From: an uncultured Pseudomonadota bacterium
GTDB lineage: Bacteria; Babelota; Babeliae; Babelales; Vermiphilaceae
Direction: 5' to 3'
DNA: 64,000 nucleotides
NCBI GenBank assembly: GCA_964433525.1
Contig: CAYSQT010000005.1
Coordinates: forward strand, 20,103 to 84,102
Shown piece by piece: positions 1-8,188 of the stretch. The translations under genes and the position numbers were made by a program. The notes under the pieces are model-generated. The model ran no database searches. It worked only from the letters and a program-made list of their open reading frames with translations, and was not told where the DNA came from. The first letter of the stretch is position 1; each line of letters starts with the position of its first letter.

Positions 1-2
1 AT

Positions 3-227
3 TATACTGGATCAACAGGCCATCTTTATGGTAATCACCAATGCGCAAGCGATAGAATCACGGAATTTGTAGTAGAAAAAGGTGATGAAAGCGATGAATC
101 TAAAAAGAAAAAAATGGAAAAATTAGATGACAGAGATCGATTTTGTTTGGATGAGCAATGCAAAGATCTTTATATGCGATTAAAGCAATATGGTCTTTTT
201 AAACAACCGCCAAACGAATTTGTTTAG
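3..227 (+). CDS. 3' end of an unidentified protein-coding gene, truncated at its 5' end by the window edge
   Basis: The frame is open from the window edge to TAG at 225-227 (...KKKKMEKLDDRDRFCLDEQCKDLYMRLKQYGLFKQPPNEFV*). No recognisable domain. Confidence 0.3.
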   Translation, partial: YTGSTGHLYGNHQCASDRITEFVVEKGDESDESKKKKMEKLDDRDRFCLDEQCKDLYMRLKQYGLFKQPPNEFV

Positions 228-257
228 AGTTTATCCGAACATTGCTTGAAAATATCC

Positions 258-560
258 TCACTTCCATACGATTCCTTCTTTTAATATATGGTCTCCCATG
301 TCCTGTGCAATTCTATGCATATCAATAAGATCAATATTTTGTACTGTTGGCAAAGCGTCAAGTAAGTTACATAAAAATTGCCCCTCATGTAAATCCAGTC
401 GCTTACCAACATCAATGGCAATATCAATGTCCGATCCTTGTCGGGCTTTTCCTCTGGCGTACGAACCAAAAAGGTAGATTTTTGCATCAGGATAAAATGC
501 GGTGATAATTTTAATAATACTTGATTGATGTGGTACTTCTGTTGCCATAGTCTTACTCAA
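258..560 (-). CDS. Minimal nucleotidyltransferase (MNT/Pol-beta superfamily, HEPN-MNT antitoxin-like)
   Basis: 100 aa. Carries the hallmark GS-x9-12-D-x-D motif: LFGSYARGKARQGSDIDIAIDV. Confidence 0.75.
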   Translation of the reverse strand: MSKTMATEVPHQSSIIKIITAFYPDAKIYLFGSYARGKARQGSDIDIAIDVGKRLDLHEGQFLCNLLDALPTVQNIDLIDMHRIAQDMGDHILKEGIVWK

Positions 561-650
561 TTTTCAGTTTTAAGATACTATGAGCATAATATGTATAGTA
601 GAAATGATCAAATAGAGCTCACATAAAGGCTTGAAAATGAGGAAAAATGT

Positions 651-2042
651 ATGACTTTATTATCTATTGCACACTATATTGTTCGGCCATTATTTGGTGA
701 TTTTGAAACAGAAGAGTTTAAAAAGTTTTTGAGAATGGGAGTCATTTTTTCTTTTATTATTGGTTCATTTTGGACGATAGGCACCCTACGCAATGCACTC
801 TTTTTAACATATGTTGGCATAGCGCACTTGCCATATGCAAAAACGGTTTCTTTGCTATTGCTAATACCTGCAATTATTACGTACACTAAGCTTCTTGATT
901 GGTATGGTCGTGAAAAAGTATTTTATCTGTTTTCTTGCATGTCTGGGATACTTATTTTTGTTTTTGGGTTTTTGTTTAGTATTACACAAAACAGCATTTA
1001 TGCTGTCGATGACGTTGGTGTGTTGAGTTATGTGCCAATTGTTCTTGGCTATAGTTTTTATTTTTTTGTAGAAGCGTATGGTTTATTGATGACAACGCTG
1101 TTTTGGGCGATTGCATCTGATGTTACATTGCCACTGTCTGCAGCAAAAGGATTTCCGTTGATTGTGGCACTTGGGCAATTGGGAGGTATTTTTGGGCCCT
1201 ATTTTATTAATTCTTTGCCGCGACGCTTGGGTTTATCAACGAGTGCTTTGTCTTTGTATATTGCAGCATTTGTTGTAGTACAACTCTTTTTTTTAATGAA
1301 GCGTTTCTTTTTTTACACGCCATCGGAACTGCTTGTTTCATACCACGGTATCAATGAGCAAGAGGAAGAAAAACAACAAGAAGCAGGTTTTTTTGAAGGC
1401 TTGCGGTTACTTATCAATCACAGCTATTTACTTGGCATATCAGCAATTATTATATTCCCCGAAATTATTACAAGCATCTTTGATTTACATTTTCACTCTC
1501 TTGCGGCGCAACAGTATTCAGGAGCTGACTTGGTGGAATATTTTGGCGCGCATGGTAGTACGGTTAATATTATGACGTTGTTATTTTTGTTATGTGGAAT
1601 TAGTAATATAACGCGTGTATTAGGTTTAAGTGTCGCATTGTTTTTAATGCCGATCATATATGGAGCCGCAATTGCTGGTTTTATATCACTCAACAGTTTA
1701 TCATTTTTATTTTTTCTCATGGCAAGTTCAAAAGCTATTAATTATTCATTAAATGGTCCTGCAATTAAGCAACTTTATATTCCAACAACTCATGCAGTTC
1801 GTTTTAAAGCGCGTGCATGGATGGAAACATTTGGATCTCGTGGTGCGCGTGAAATCGGTTCTTTATTTAACATGCTATTGGCTCCATTGCAGCGCAATCT
1901 TGGCGAAATAGCAGGGCGAGCGCAGCATGCGATATATGCAAGTTATTTTGGAGCTATTCTTATTTGTGCATGGTTTTTCATTGCGTTATTTTTAGGAAAA
2001 ACGCATAAAAACGCAGTGAATCAGAAGAAAGTGGTGTGCTGA
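651..2042 (+). CDS. ATP/ADP translocase-like nucleotide transporter (TLC/AAA family)
   Basis: 463-aa polytopic membrane protein. The N-terminal FLRMGVIFSF..TLRNALFLT and the LFWAIASDVT..AKGFPLIVALGQLGG block resemble the TLC-family LFWxFANE..AKRFY..G.N.G signature. Confidence 0.65.
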   Translation: MTLLSIAHYIVRPLFGDFETEEFKKFLRMGVIFSFIIGSFWTIGTLRNALFLTYVGIAHLPYAKTVSLLLLIPAIITYTKLLDWYGREKVFYLFSCMSGILIFVFGFLFSITQNSIYAVDDVGVLSYVPIVLGYSFYFFVEAYGLLMTTLFWAIASDVTLPLSAAKGFPLIVALGQLGGIFGPYFINSLPRRLGLSTSALSLYIAAFVVVQLFFLMKRFFFYTPSELLVSYHGINEQEEEKQQEAGFFEGLRLLINHSYLLGISAIIIFPEIITSIFDLHFHSLAAQQYSGADLVEYFGAHGSTVNIMTLLFLLCGISNITRVLGLSVALFLMPIIYGAAIAGFISLNSLSFLFFLMASSKAINYSLNGPAIKQLYIPTTHAVRFKARAWMETFGSRGAREIGSLFNMLLAPLQRNLGEIAGRAQHAIYASYFGAILICAWFFIALFLGKTHKNAVNQKKVVC

Positions 2043-2127
2043 AATAATTGAACTAATTGAGTTGTGCATTATAGCCCTGTATAATGAATGAAAAATTTGT
2101 TCATTATAAAAAAACAGAAGGGCTACT

Positions 2128-3099
2128 ATGAAGAAAAGATATATTTCAGATTTGTTATGTGTATTTCTTATGAGCTGCATCATGACAGTTCAAGCATCAG
2201 AATCATTGGTAACGGCAGAACTTTGTCAGTACGTGTTGCAAGCAACTAAATTGCCAGAAGGTTTATTTCCACAAACAGTAGAACATACATTTGCTGTATT
2301 AGACGATTTTTTTCGTGATCAAAATGTGATTACTTATACAGATGCTGCACTGTTTGGAAGCAAAACGACAGTGTTTGACAATCCGGATGAATTTAATAAG
2401 AAAATGAGTATTTTCAGACAAAAGGGTGCAGATATTGTTCCAGAAGAGGGAAAAAAATATCAATGTTTGGTATTCAACACATCTGGCATTGATGTTTTTA
2501 TGGAACGGTTGGCTTTTTTGAGCAGATTAGTAAAAAAGCATAACATACAAACAGACCAATTATTTGCTTTAATGGGAGATCATCCGCATAGGCAAGATTT
2601 AAGAGATAGTAATTATTTGTTAGAACTGCCAACGTTGTTTAGCGCTGATTTTGATCTAACAGCTTTTAATAGGGATGAAGTCGAACAAAATACTAAAATA
2701 TTCAATGAGCAAGACAGTTGGACTCATTGCGATGGTATGGTTGCTGCATGGCAGCTTATTAAGTGTGATCCTGTCATGGCCGAATTAAAACATAAATTCA
2801 CTTATTTCTATTCTGAGGAACGTTTTACAGAGGGATTATTGAAAGTGTTTATATTCGAGCGATTGAGGGTCACACAAGACGCTCCTGTAGGTTTTATAGT
2901 TAATGCCCAGACCGCACCAAATATACAGGAAATGATTAAAAAACATTGTTCACATCTTGCTGGTGCAATAGATGTGTTAGTTGCGCAGCCAGTAGAAGAA
3001 GAAATAGAAGCAAAGCTTTTTAATGATACGCCTCAACAACGCGCTATGACAAAACTATTTCATTTTTATCGTTTGTTGGATGTGATGAGAAAAAAATAA
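2128..3099 (+). CDS. Secreted hypothetical protein
   Basis: 323 aa. N-terminal signal peptide MKKRYISDLLCVFLMSCIMTVQA/SE. No recognisable domain. Confidence 0.6.
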   Translation: MKKRYISDLLCVFLMSCIMTVQASESLVTAELCQYVLQATKLPEGLFPQTVEHTFAVLDDFFRDQNVITYTDAALFGSKTTVFDNPDEFNKKMSIFRQKGADIVPEEGKKYQCLVFNTSGIDVFMERLAFLSRLVKKHNIQTDQLFALMGDHPHRQDLRDSNYLLELPTLFSADFDLTAFNRDEVEQNTKIFNEQDSWTHCDGMVAAWQLIKCDPVMAELKHKFTYFYSEERFTEGLLKVFIFERLRVTQDAPVGFIVNAQTAPNIQEMIKKHCSHLAGAIDVLVAQPVEEEIEAKLFNDTPQQRAMTKLFHFYRLLDVMRKK

Positions 3100-3130
3100 A
3101 TTAATTTCCTGTTTGCCACAATAGAGTTCA

Positions 3131-3166
3131 AAGCCAAGTAGCCTTACAAAAGGACCTACTTGGCTT
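3131..3166 (+). terminator. Stem-loop downstream of 2128-3099 (11-bp perfect stem)
   Basis: AAGCCAAGTAG (3131-3141) pairs with CTACTTGGCTT (3156-3166) across a 14-nt loop. It is followed by the T-rich TAATTTATT. Confidence 0.45.
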
Positions 3167-3182
3167 AATTTATTAGTTGCAA

Positions 3183-3224
3183 TTTTAGCCAAGTACGTTA
3201 TAAAATAAAGCTAGTTGGCTAAAA
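3183..3224 (+). promoter_or_regulatory. Second stem-loop, sharing the AGCCAA core, immediately upstream of the RBS of 3238-4692
   Basis: TTTTAGCCAA (3183-3192) pairs with TTGGCTAAAA (3215-3224) across a 22-nt loop. The stem ends 3 nt before the AAGGGA RBS. Confidence 0.35.
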
Positions 3225-3237
3225 AAGGGAATTATGC

Positions 3238-4692
3238 ATGAAACCACTAAAAGTAAAAATAAAAACGAATTTTATCGGAAGAAATAGTGAATTAGAGCGA
3301 CTTTCTGTTATTGCACATGCTGGGCATGCAAGCATTATTATTATGTATGGACGGCGTCGCATCGGCAAAACTGAATTGCTTGAACAAGCTTTTAAAGATA
3401 GAAAATTACTCAAGTTTGAAGGAATTGAAGGCTTGTCTGAAAAGGCGCAGTTTGCTCATATTATGAATCAGCTTGCAGTGTATGCTGAAAGCCGTTTGCT
3501 TACAAAAACGGTGGTAACGAGTTGGAGAGAATTTTTTGAAATTTTGTATGATTACACAAAAAAAGGAACATGGACCATTTATTTGGAAGAGTTGCAATGG
3601 CTAGCTAATTATCACAGTACGTTGATCGCAGAACTAAAGTATGTGTGGGATAATTATTTTCGCCATAATCCAAAGTTAATCGTGATTTTATGTGGATCTG
3701 CGCCATCATTTATGCTTGATTATGTGGTGCACTCAAAAGCATTGTACAATCGTTCTCAATATGAATTTCATCTCAAAGAATTTACTGTTGTGGAAGCACG
3801 AGAGTTTTTGAAAAAGCGGAGTGTGCGCGAAACATTTGATGCATATCTGACCGTTGGAGGAGTTCCAGAGTATTTAAAATGGATTACCAAAGAATCTTCA
3901 GTATTTGTCAGTTTATGTAAGCATTCATTTACGTCGGGTAGTTTTTTTTCGCGTGAGTATGAGCGTATTTTCACGAGCAGTATGTCGAATAACAAATATT
4001 ATCGGGCTGTCATTGATATTCTAGGAACACGCAAATTTGCAACGCGTAAAGAATTAGCTGAAATGCTTGGAGTAATTTCAGGAGGTAGTTTGACCAACGT
4101 GCTTATTGATCTGGAAAAATCAGGCTTTATTGCGCATTACTCTCCCTTTAATACGGAAGAAAATACTATTTTAACGCGTTACACTATTGATGATAATTAT
4201 TTGCAGTTTTATTGTAAATTCATTAAGCCGCTACAAAAAAACATTGCAAGTGGAGCGTACGATACGCATCCACGCAATGCATTAAAAGTTGATAGTTATA
4301 TTAAATGGTTGGGATTTGCATTTGAGCGTTTTTGCCGTAAATATCATTATGTTATTGCAAAAATGCTTTATTTTTCTGGTGTTCATTATACGTCAGGTGT
4401 TTTTTTTAGCCGTGCAACAGATAAAGAAAATCCAGGATATCAGATAGATCTTGTTTTTGATCGTGCAGATAACGTGTACACCATATGCGAAATGAAGTAT
4501 TATCAGGGCAAAGTAGGAACAAGTGTCATTGCTGAATTTGAAAAAAAGTTGGCGTTATTTCCTAACAAAGGCAATAAGACAATTCACAAAGTTTTGATTT
4601 GTAGTGAAGGAGCAGAAGAAGCGCTCATTAAGCGTGCCTATTTTGATGATATTATTACGTGTGCACAACTATTGGATCAGCGGTATTGGTAA
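3238..4692 (+). CDS. AAA-type ATPase with wHTH and a C-terminal DUF234/PD-(D/E)xK-like domain (Arch_ATPase family architecture)
   Basis: 484 aa. Walker A is GRRRIGKTELL (aa 37-47) and Walker-B-like is TIYLEEL. The central RKELAEMLGVISGGSLTNVLIDLEKSGFI looks like a wHTH. The C-terminal IDLVFD...ICEMKY fits a D...ExK nuclease-like motif. Confidence 0.7.
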   Translation: MKPLKVKIKTNFIGRNSELERLSVIAHAGHASIIIMYGRRRIGKTELLEQAFKDRKLLKFEGIEGLSEKAQFAHIMNQLAVYAESRLLTKTVVTSWREFFEILYDYTKKGTWTIYLEELQWLANYHSTLIAELKYVWDNYFRHNPKLIVILCGSAPSFMLDYVVHSKALYNRSQYEFHLKEFTVVEAREFLKKRSVRETFDAYLTVGGVPEYLKWITKESSVFVSLCKHSFTSGSFFSREYERIFTSSMSNNKYYRAVIDILGTRKFATRKELAEMLGVISGGSLTNVLIDLEKSGFIAHYSPFNTEENTILTRYTIDDNYLQFYCKFIKPLQKNIASGAYDTHPRNALKVDSYIKWLGFAFERFCRKYHYVIAKMLYFSGVHYTSGVFFSRATDKENPGYQIDLVFDRADNVYTICEMKYYQGKVGTSVIAEFEKKLALFPNKGNKTIHKVLICSEGAEEALIKRAYFDDIITCAQLLDQRYW

Positions 4693-4838
4693 ATGATTTG
4701 GTAAGTATTTATTTCTTTAGGCCATATGATTAGCTTAGAAATCAGTATCAAATATGTTCTTGTATGTTGTCGAGGATATCGGCTACCAGAACCAGTTCGA
4801 TATGCAGATAAACTTTCGAAAAAACATAAACTAAAGGA

Positions 4839-5264
4839 ATGAGTATGTCTTTTTTAATATTGTTTTCTATGGCATTAATTGTTTTTTGTATAGGAGATTT
4901 TTTTTGGTTATATTTTGTGATGAATAAGTTGTTTATTTATCAGATTAAGCATTTGATGAAGATGACTTCTGGTGGTATTGAAATAAATTATTTTAGTGCT
5001 TTTGGAGCATATTTGATAATTTCGTTAGGGCTGACTCATTTTGTTATTCAGCCATATTTTTTAAGTGGTTATCAGCAGCTTTTTATGCAGGGGGCGTTTT
5101 TTGGTTTTTGTATGTATGCCGTGTATGAATTAACTAATCGTGCAACTCTTATTGAATGGCCATTATCATTTGTTTGCATTGATATTTTATGGGGAACTTT
5201 TTGGTGTGGTACGGTTAGTGCGATAGCTGTTTATTTGAATCTTTTATTGCATATCAAAAAATAG
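4839..5264 (+). CDS. Small integral membrane protein, DUF2177-like
   Basis: 141 aa with 4 predicted TM segments. [26 protein letters not shown] matches the YDLTN..L..WP....D..WG signature I recall for DUF2177. Confidence 0.55.
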   Translation: MSMSFLILFSMALIVFCIGDFFWLYFVMNKLFIYQIKHLMKMTSGGIEINYFSAFGAYLIISLGLTHFVIQPYFLSGYQQLFMQGAFFGFCMYAVYELTNRATLIEWPLSFVCIDILWGTFWCGTVSAIAVYLNLLLHIKK

Positions 5265-5272
5265 GAATTTTC

Positions 5273-5692
5273 ATGGTATTGTACGTACTAGCAATGTTAG
5301 AGCAAGATGGTAAATTATTGTTGCTACTGCGTAAAAACAGTAGATTCTTTAGTGGGTATTATGGATTAGTTGGCGGTAAAATTGAAGAAAAAGAATCGAT
5401 TGCTGATGCACTGATACGTGAAATGTATGAGGAAGTTGGTATTACTGTTTCCAAACAAAATCTTAATTTTGCCCATTGCCTTTCATTTGTTGGAGATGAA
5501 GGAACAGAAGTGGTAGCACTTGTTTTTAAGGTTGCAGAATGGCAAGGATGTGCCATCAATTGTGAGCCAGATAAAGTTGCAGCTCTTACATGGTTTGAAA
5601 TGAATCAGTTGCCCCAAAATATAATCCCACGCCATCGACACATAATAGAGATGGTGCAAGGTGGTATACTTTATTCAGAAAAGGGATGGTAA
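5273..5692 (+). CDS. NUDIX hydrolase
   Basis: 139 aa. Nudix box GGKIEEKESIADALIREMYEEVGI (GX5EX7REUXEEXGU). Confidence 0.85.
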   Translation: MVLYVLAMLEQDGKLLLLLRKNSRFFSGYYGLVGGKIEEKESIADALIREMYEEVGITVSKQNLNFAHCLSFVGDEGTEVVALVFKVAEWQGCAINCEPDKVAALTWFEMNQLPQNIIPRHRHIIEMVQGGILYSEKGW

Positions 5693-5693
5693 T

Positions 5694-6119
5694 TTATTCA
5701 TGTGCATTATGATCAGCAGAGTTTTTGTTATCACCTTTGCCAGCAATCAATACCCCAATGCAAATTGACAAGCACAAAAATGCAAAGCCCCACACTGAAA
5801 ATGGATCACCTTTGTGTAAATGAAACTTAATAGCAACAATAAAAAGACCAATGAGTGGTATTGCAGCAAGCCTTGTTAAAAATTCGCCAATGAGTGCAAT
5901 ACCACCAAAAAATTCAGTAAATGCTGCTAAATAACCCCACCAGAGATATCCTGATGTTATGCCAAATAAATTCATGGTGCTGCCAATTTCAATAAGATGG
6001 TCGGTGTTTTGTGTTAATGCGTATGATAGTTTGTTGTAACCAGAAACAACAAGAACAATGCCAAGTGCGATGCGAATAATAGTGTAGCCAAGTTCAAGAG
6101 ATGATGGGATGTGTTTCAT
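5694..6119 (-). CDS. DoxX-family membrane protein
   Basis: 141 aa with 4 TM segments. RIALGIVLVVSGYNKL and FTEFFGGIALIG are typical of DoxX. Confidence 0.6.
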   Translation of the reverse strand: MKHIPSSLELGYTIIRIALGIVLVVSGYNKLSYALTQNTDHLIEIGSTMNLFGITSGYLWWGYLAAFTEFFGGIALIGEFLTRLAAIPLIGLFIVAIKFHLHKGDPFSVWGFAFLCLSICIGVLIAGKGDNKNSADHNAHE

Positions 6120-6177
6120 AAAGATTCCTTTTTTTGATGGATATTACAAAGAATGTGTTATGTAAGGCAATAAAAAA

Positions 6178-7440
6178 TCATAATATTTTTAATCTTTCTA
6201 TTGTTTCTTCTGATAGATGTAATGTTATGAGCTCTTCTCCTGAGGCTATATAGACAGTTGTGCCGTCAGCAGAGAAGGACATAATTTTTTTTGTTTTATC
6301 AGAGCCTACAATTTTATGTAGATCATAATCTTGGTGATAAGGAGCATTGTCATTTGACACGTTATAAAATGAGATACGTGTATTGTGTGTATTGTTTATC
6401 AATGATGCAAGAATATGATTTGCGTATGGATAAAATGCCATACCCTCAATAGGTTTGGGAGAGTAAGCCCATTGCGTTAGGCCGTTTTCTTGTTGGCTAT
6501 ATATAGCAAAAGAATGAGACATAAGAAGAGCTATAAAATTACCATCTGGGCTATATTTAATAAGGTTATAAGACCCTGATGATAAAATGCATCCATTAAT
6601 CTGTAGTGGTATATGCTTTGTTATCCATGGCGTGTCCAGTAAAAACATTATATTTTGATAAACTAATCCTCTTATTTCGGTGGGAAGTAAGTTGAATATG
6701 GTACGATGTGGAGTATTTATTTTTGACAGTAAATACCATAAGAGAGCATAATTTTGTGGCAATAAATTATGCAAAGTTAAGTGATCTTTATATATTTTGT
6801 ATGCAACTTGATGCCCTTGAGGATGGCATGCTAATAGAGGTATGCGATGTACATTATTTTCATGCCTATCAATTTTAATACAAGACGAGGTTCTTTTGGT
6901 TGAGTCGTTAAGTGAATGCAATTCAATAGAATAAACAATGGAGTCATAACAGGTCTCATCAATGCTGTGCAAAATTATTATATCGTTATTGTGAGGAAAT
7001 AATCCTACTTGATTGCGGCAATATTGATTAAATTTTAGGTTTGCATTCCAGTTTTTTTTTACTTCTTTTGAGCCGTTTGCGTCATAGAGCGTTAATCCCT
7101 CAGTTGTTTGTGTGACAATAAGATCATTGTTTGAAGCAATTGAATGATACGCGATACCGTTTGTTTCTTGTATTTTTGGAGGCAATAATACAAGTGGATT
7201 GTATAGGCAAAGTTTTTGTTGTGGACGAGCTATACCAAAAGGATTGTACGTATTAGATTCTTCTTGCAGGCAAATTATTGCAAGAGATGGATTGTTTGGC
7301 GCATGTGCAAGAGTGCATTGTTGAGATTTTTGTTGAGAATTTTCCATGGCATTTATTGGTGAAATAATGATGATAGCACATAAGAGCAAGATCGTTAATA
7401 ATGCGGTTTGTTTCATAAATAGCCTTTTTGATATAATCAT
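6178..7440 (-). CDS. Secreted beta-propeller-like repeat protein, paralogue 1 of 3
   Basis: 420 aa. Signal peptide MIISKRLFMKQTALLTILLLCAIIIISPINA. Shares the motifs MENS..QCTLAHAPNNP, ACHP, YSPDG and FSADG with 8965-10179 and 10326-11489. Confidence 0.7.
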   Translation of the reverse strand: MIISKRLFMKQTALLTILLLCAIIIISPINAMENSQQKSQQCTLAHAPNNPSLAIICLQEESNTYNPFGIARPQQKLCLYNPLVLLPPKIQETNGIAYHSIASNNDLIVTQTTEGLTLYDANGSKEVKKNWNANLKFNQYCRNQVGLFPHNNDIIILHSIDETCYDSIVYSIELHSLNDSTKRTSSCIKIDRHENNVHRIPLLACHPQGHQVAYKIYKDHLTLHNLLPQNYALLWYLLSKINTPHRTIFNLLPTEIRGLVYQNIMFLLDTPWITKHIPLQINGCILSSGSYNLIKYSPDGNFIALLMSHSFAIYSQQENGLTQWAYSPKPIEGMAFYPYANHILASLINNTHNTRISFYNVSNDNAPYHQDYDLHKIVGSDKTKKIMSFSADGTTVYIASGEELITLHLSEETIERLKIL

Positions 7441-7499
7441 GATTCATAGATATGATAGTAATGTGTGTGGTGTTAAATGTCTATGTACAAGGTTTTTTC

Positions 7500-8108
7500 A
7501 TGTATTTATTACTCAAAGGTATGGCGGTAGGTTTTTCAATAGCGGCGCCGGTTGGAGCAATTGGTTTTTTATGTATTGAACAAACATTAAAAGGTGGTAT
7601 TGCTTTAGGAATAACTTCTGGTCTTGGTGCAGCAACTGCAGACATGATGTATGGTATTATTGTTGCATTGGGGTTGAATGTAAGTCAGTCGTTTTTGCTT
7701 TTTTATACAAAACCACTTTCAATTATTGGTGGATTATTTTTATGTTATTTAGGCGTAAAAAAATTCTTTGCTGTTCCATCTCTTCATGATGGTAATCCTG
7801 TTTACCATGGATTGCTAACCTCTTATGTTGTTACCTTTTTTTTAACGCTCACCAATCCTGCAACAATACTTGATTTTGCTGCATTATTTACTGCATTACA
7901 TATTGACATGTCTGGATACAAAGAGGCGCTTATGTTTATTGTTGGTGTTTTTTGTGGTTCTGCTGCATGGTGGTTCATACTCTGTTTTACGGTGGGAATG
8001 TTCAGAAAAAAGATATCAGTTGCTATGTTGCGTTATATTAACTATGCAGCGGGTGTGGTAATAACGAGTTTTGGTATGTATGCACTGATTACTGCTTTCA
8101 AAAGATAA
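7500..8108 (+). CDS. LysE/RhtB-family amino-acid exporter
   Basis: MYLLLKGMAVGFSIAAPVGAIGFLCIEQ... is a typical LysE N-terminus. The ORF track starts at 7452, but 7441-7499 is duplicated flank of the paralogue family, so ATG 7500 is preferred. Confidence 0.7.
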   Translation: MYLLLKGMAVGFSIAAPVGAIGFLCIEQTLKGGIALGITSGLGAATADMMYGIIVALGLNVSQSFLLFYTKPLSIIGGLFLCYLGVKKFFAVPSLHDGNPVYHGLLTSYVVTFFLTLTNPATILDFAALFTALHIDMSGYKEALMFIVGVFCGSAAWWFILCFTVGMFRKKISVAMLRYINYAAGVVITSFGMYALITAFKR

Positions 8109-8188
8109 AATGTTGTAAATCATAAGATTAAACATATTCCTGCAGTTTGATGTTTAATAAGTAGATTGTCTCTGTGCGCAGATTTTTT

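Noticed and set aside
1-257. Searched for a HEPN toxin partner downstream of the MNT gene.
   Set aside because: Only 30 nt separate the MNT stop from a convergent, unrelated plus-strand ORF. No Rx4-6H-containing ORF is present in any frame.
7452-7499. Upstream start (MIVMCVVLNVYVQGFF) for the LysE-family gene.
   Set aside because: The segment is part of the duplicated paralogue flank (also present at 10180-10235, where no LysE gene follows). LysE homologues begin at the equivalent of Met 7500.
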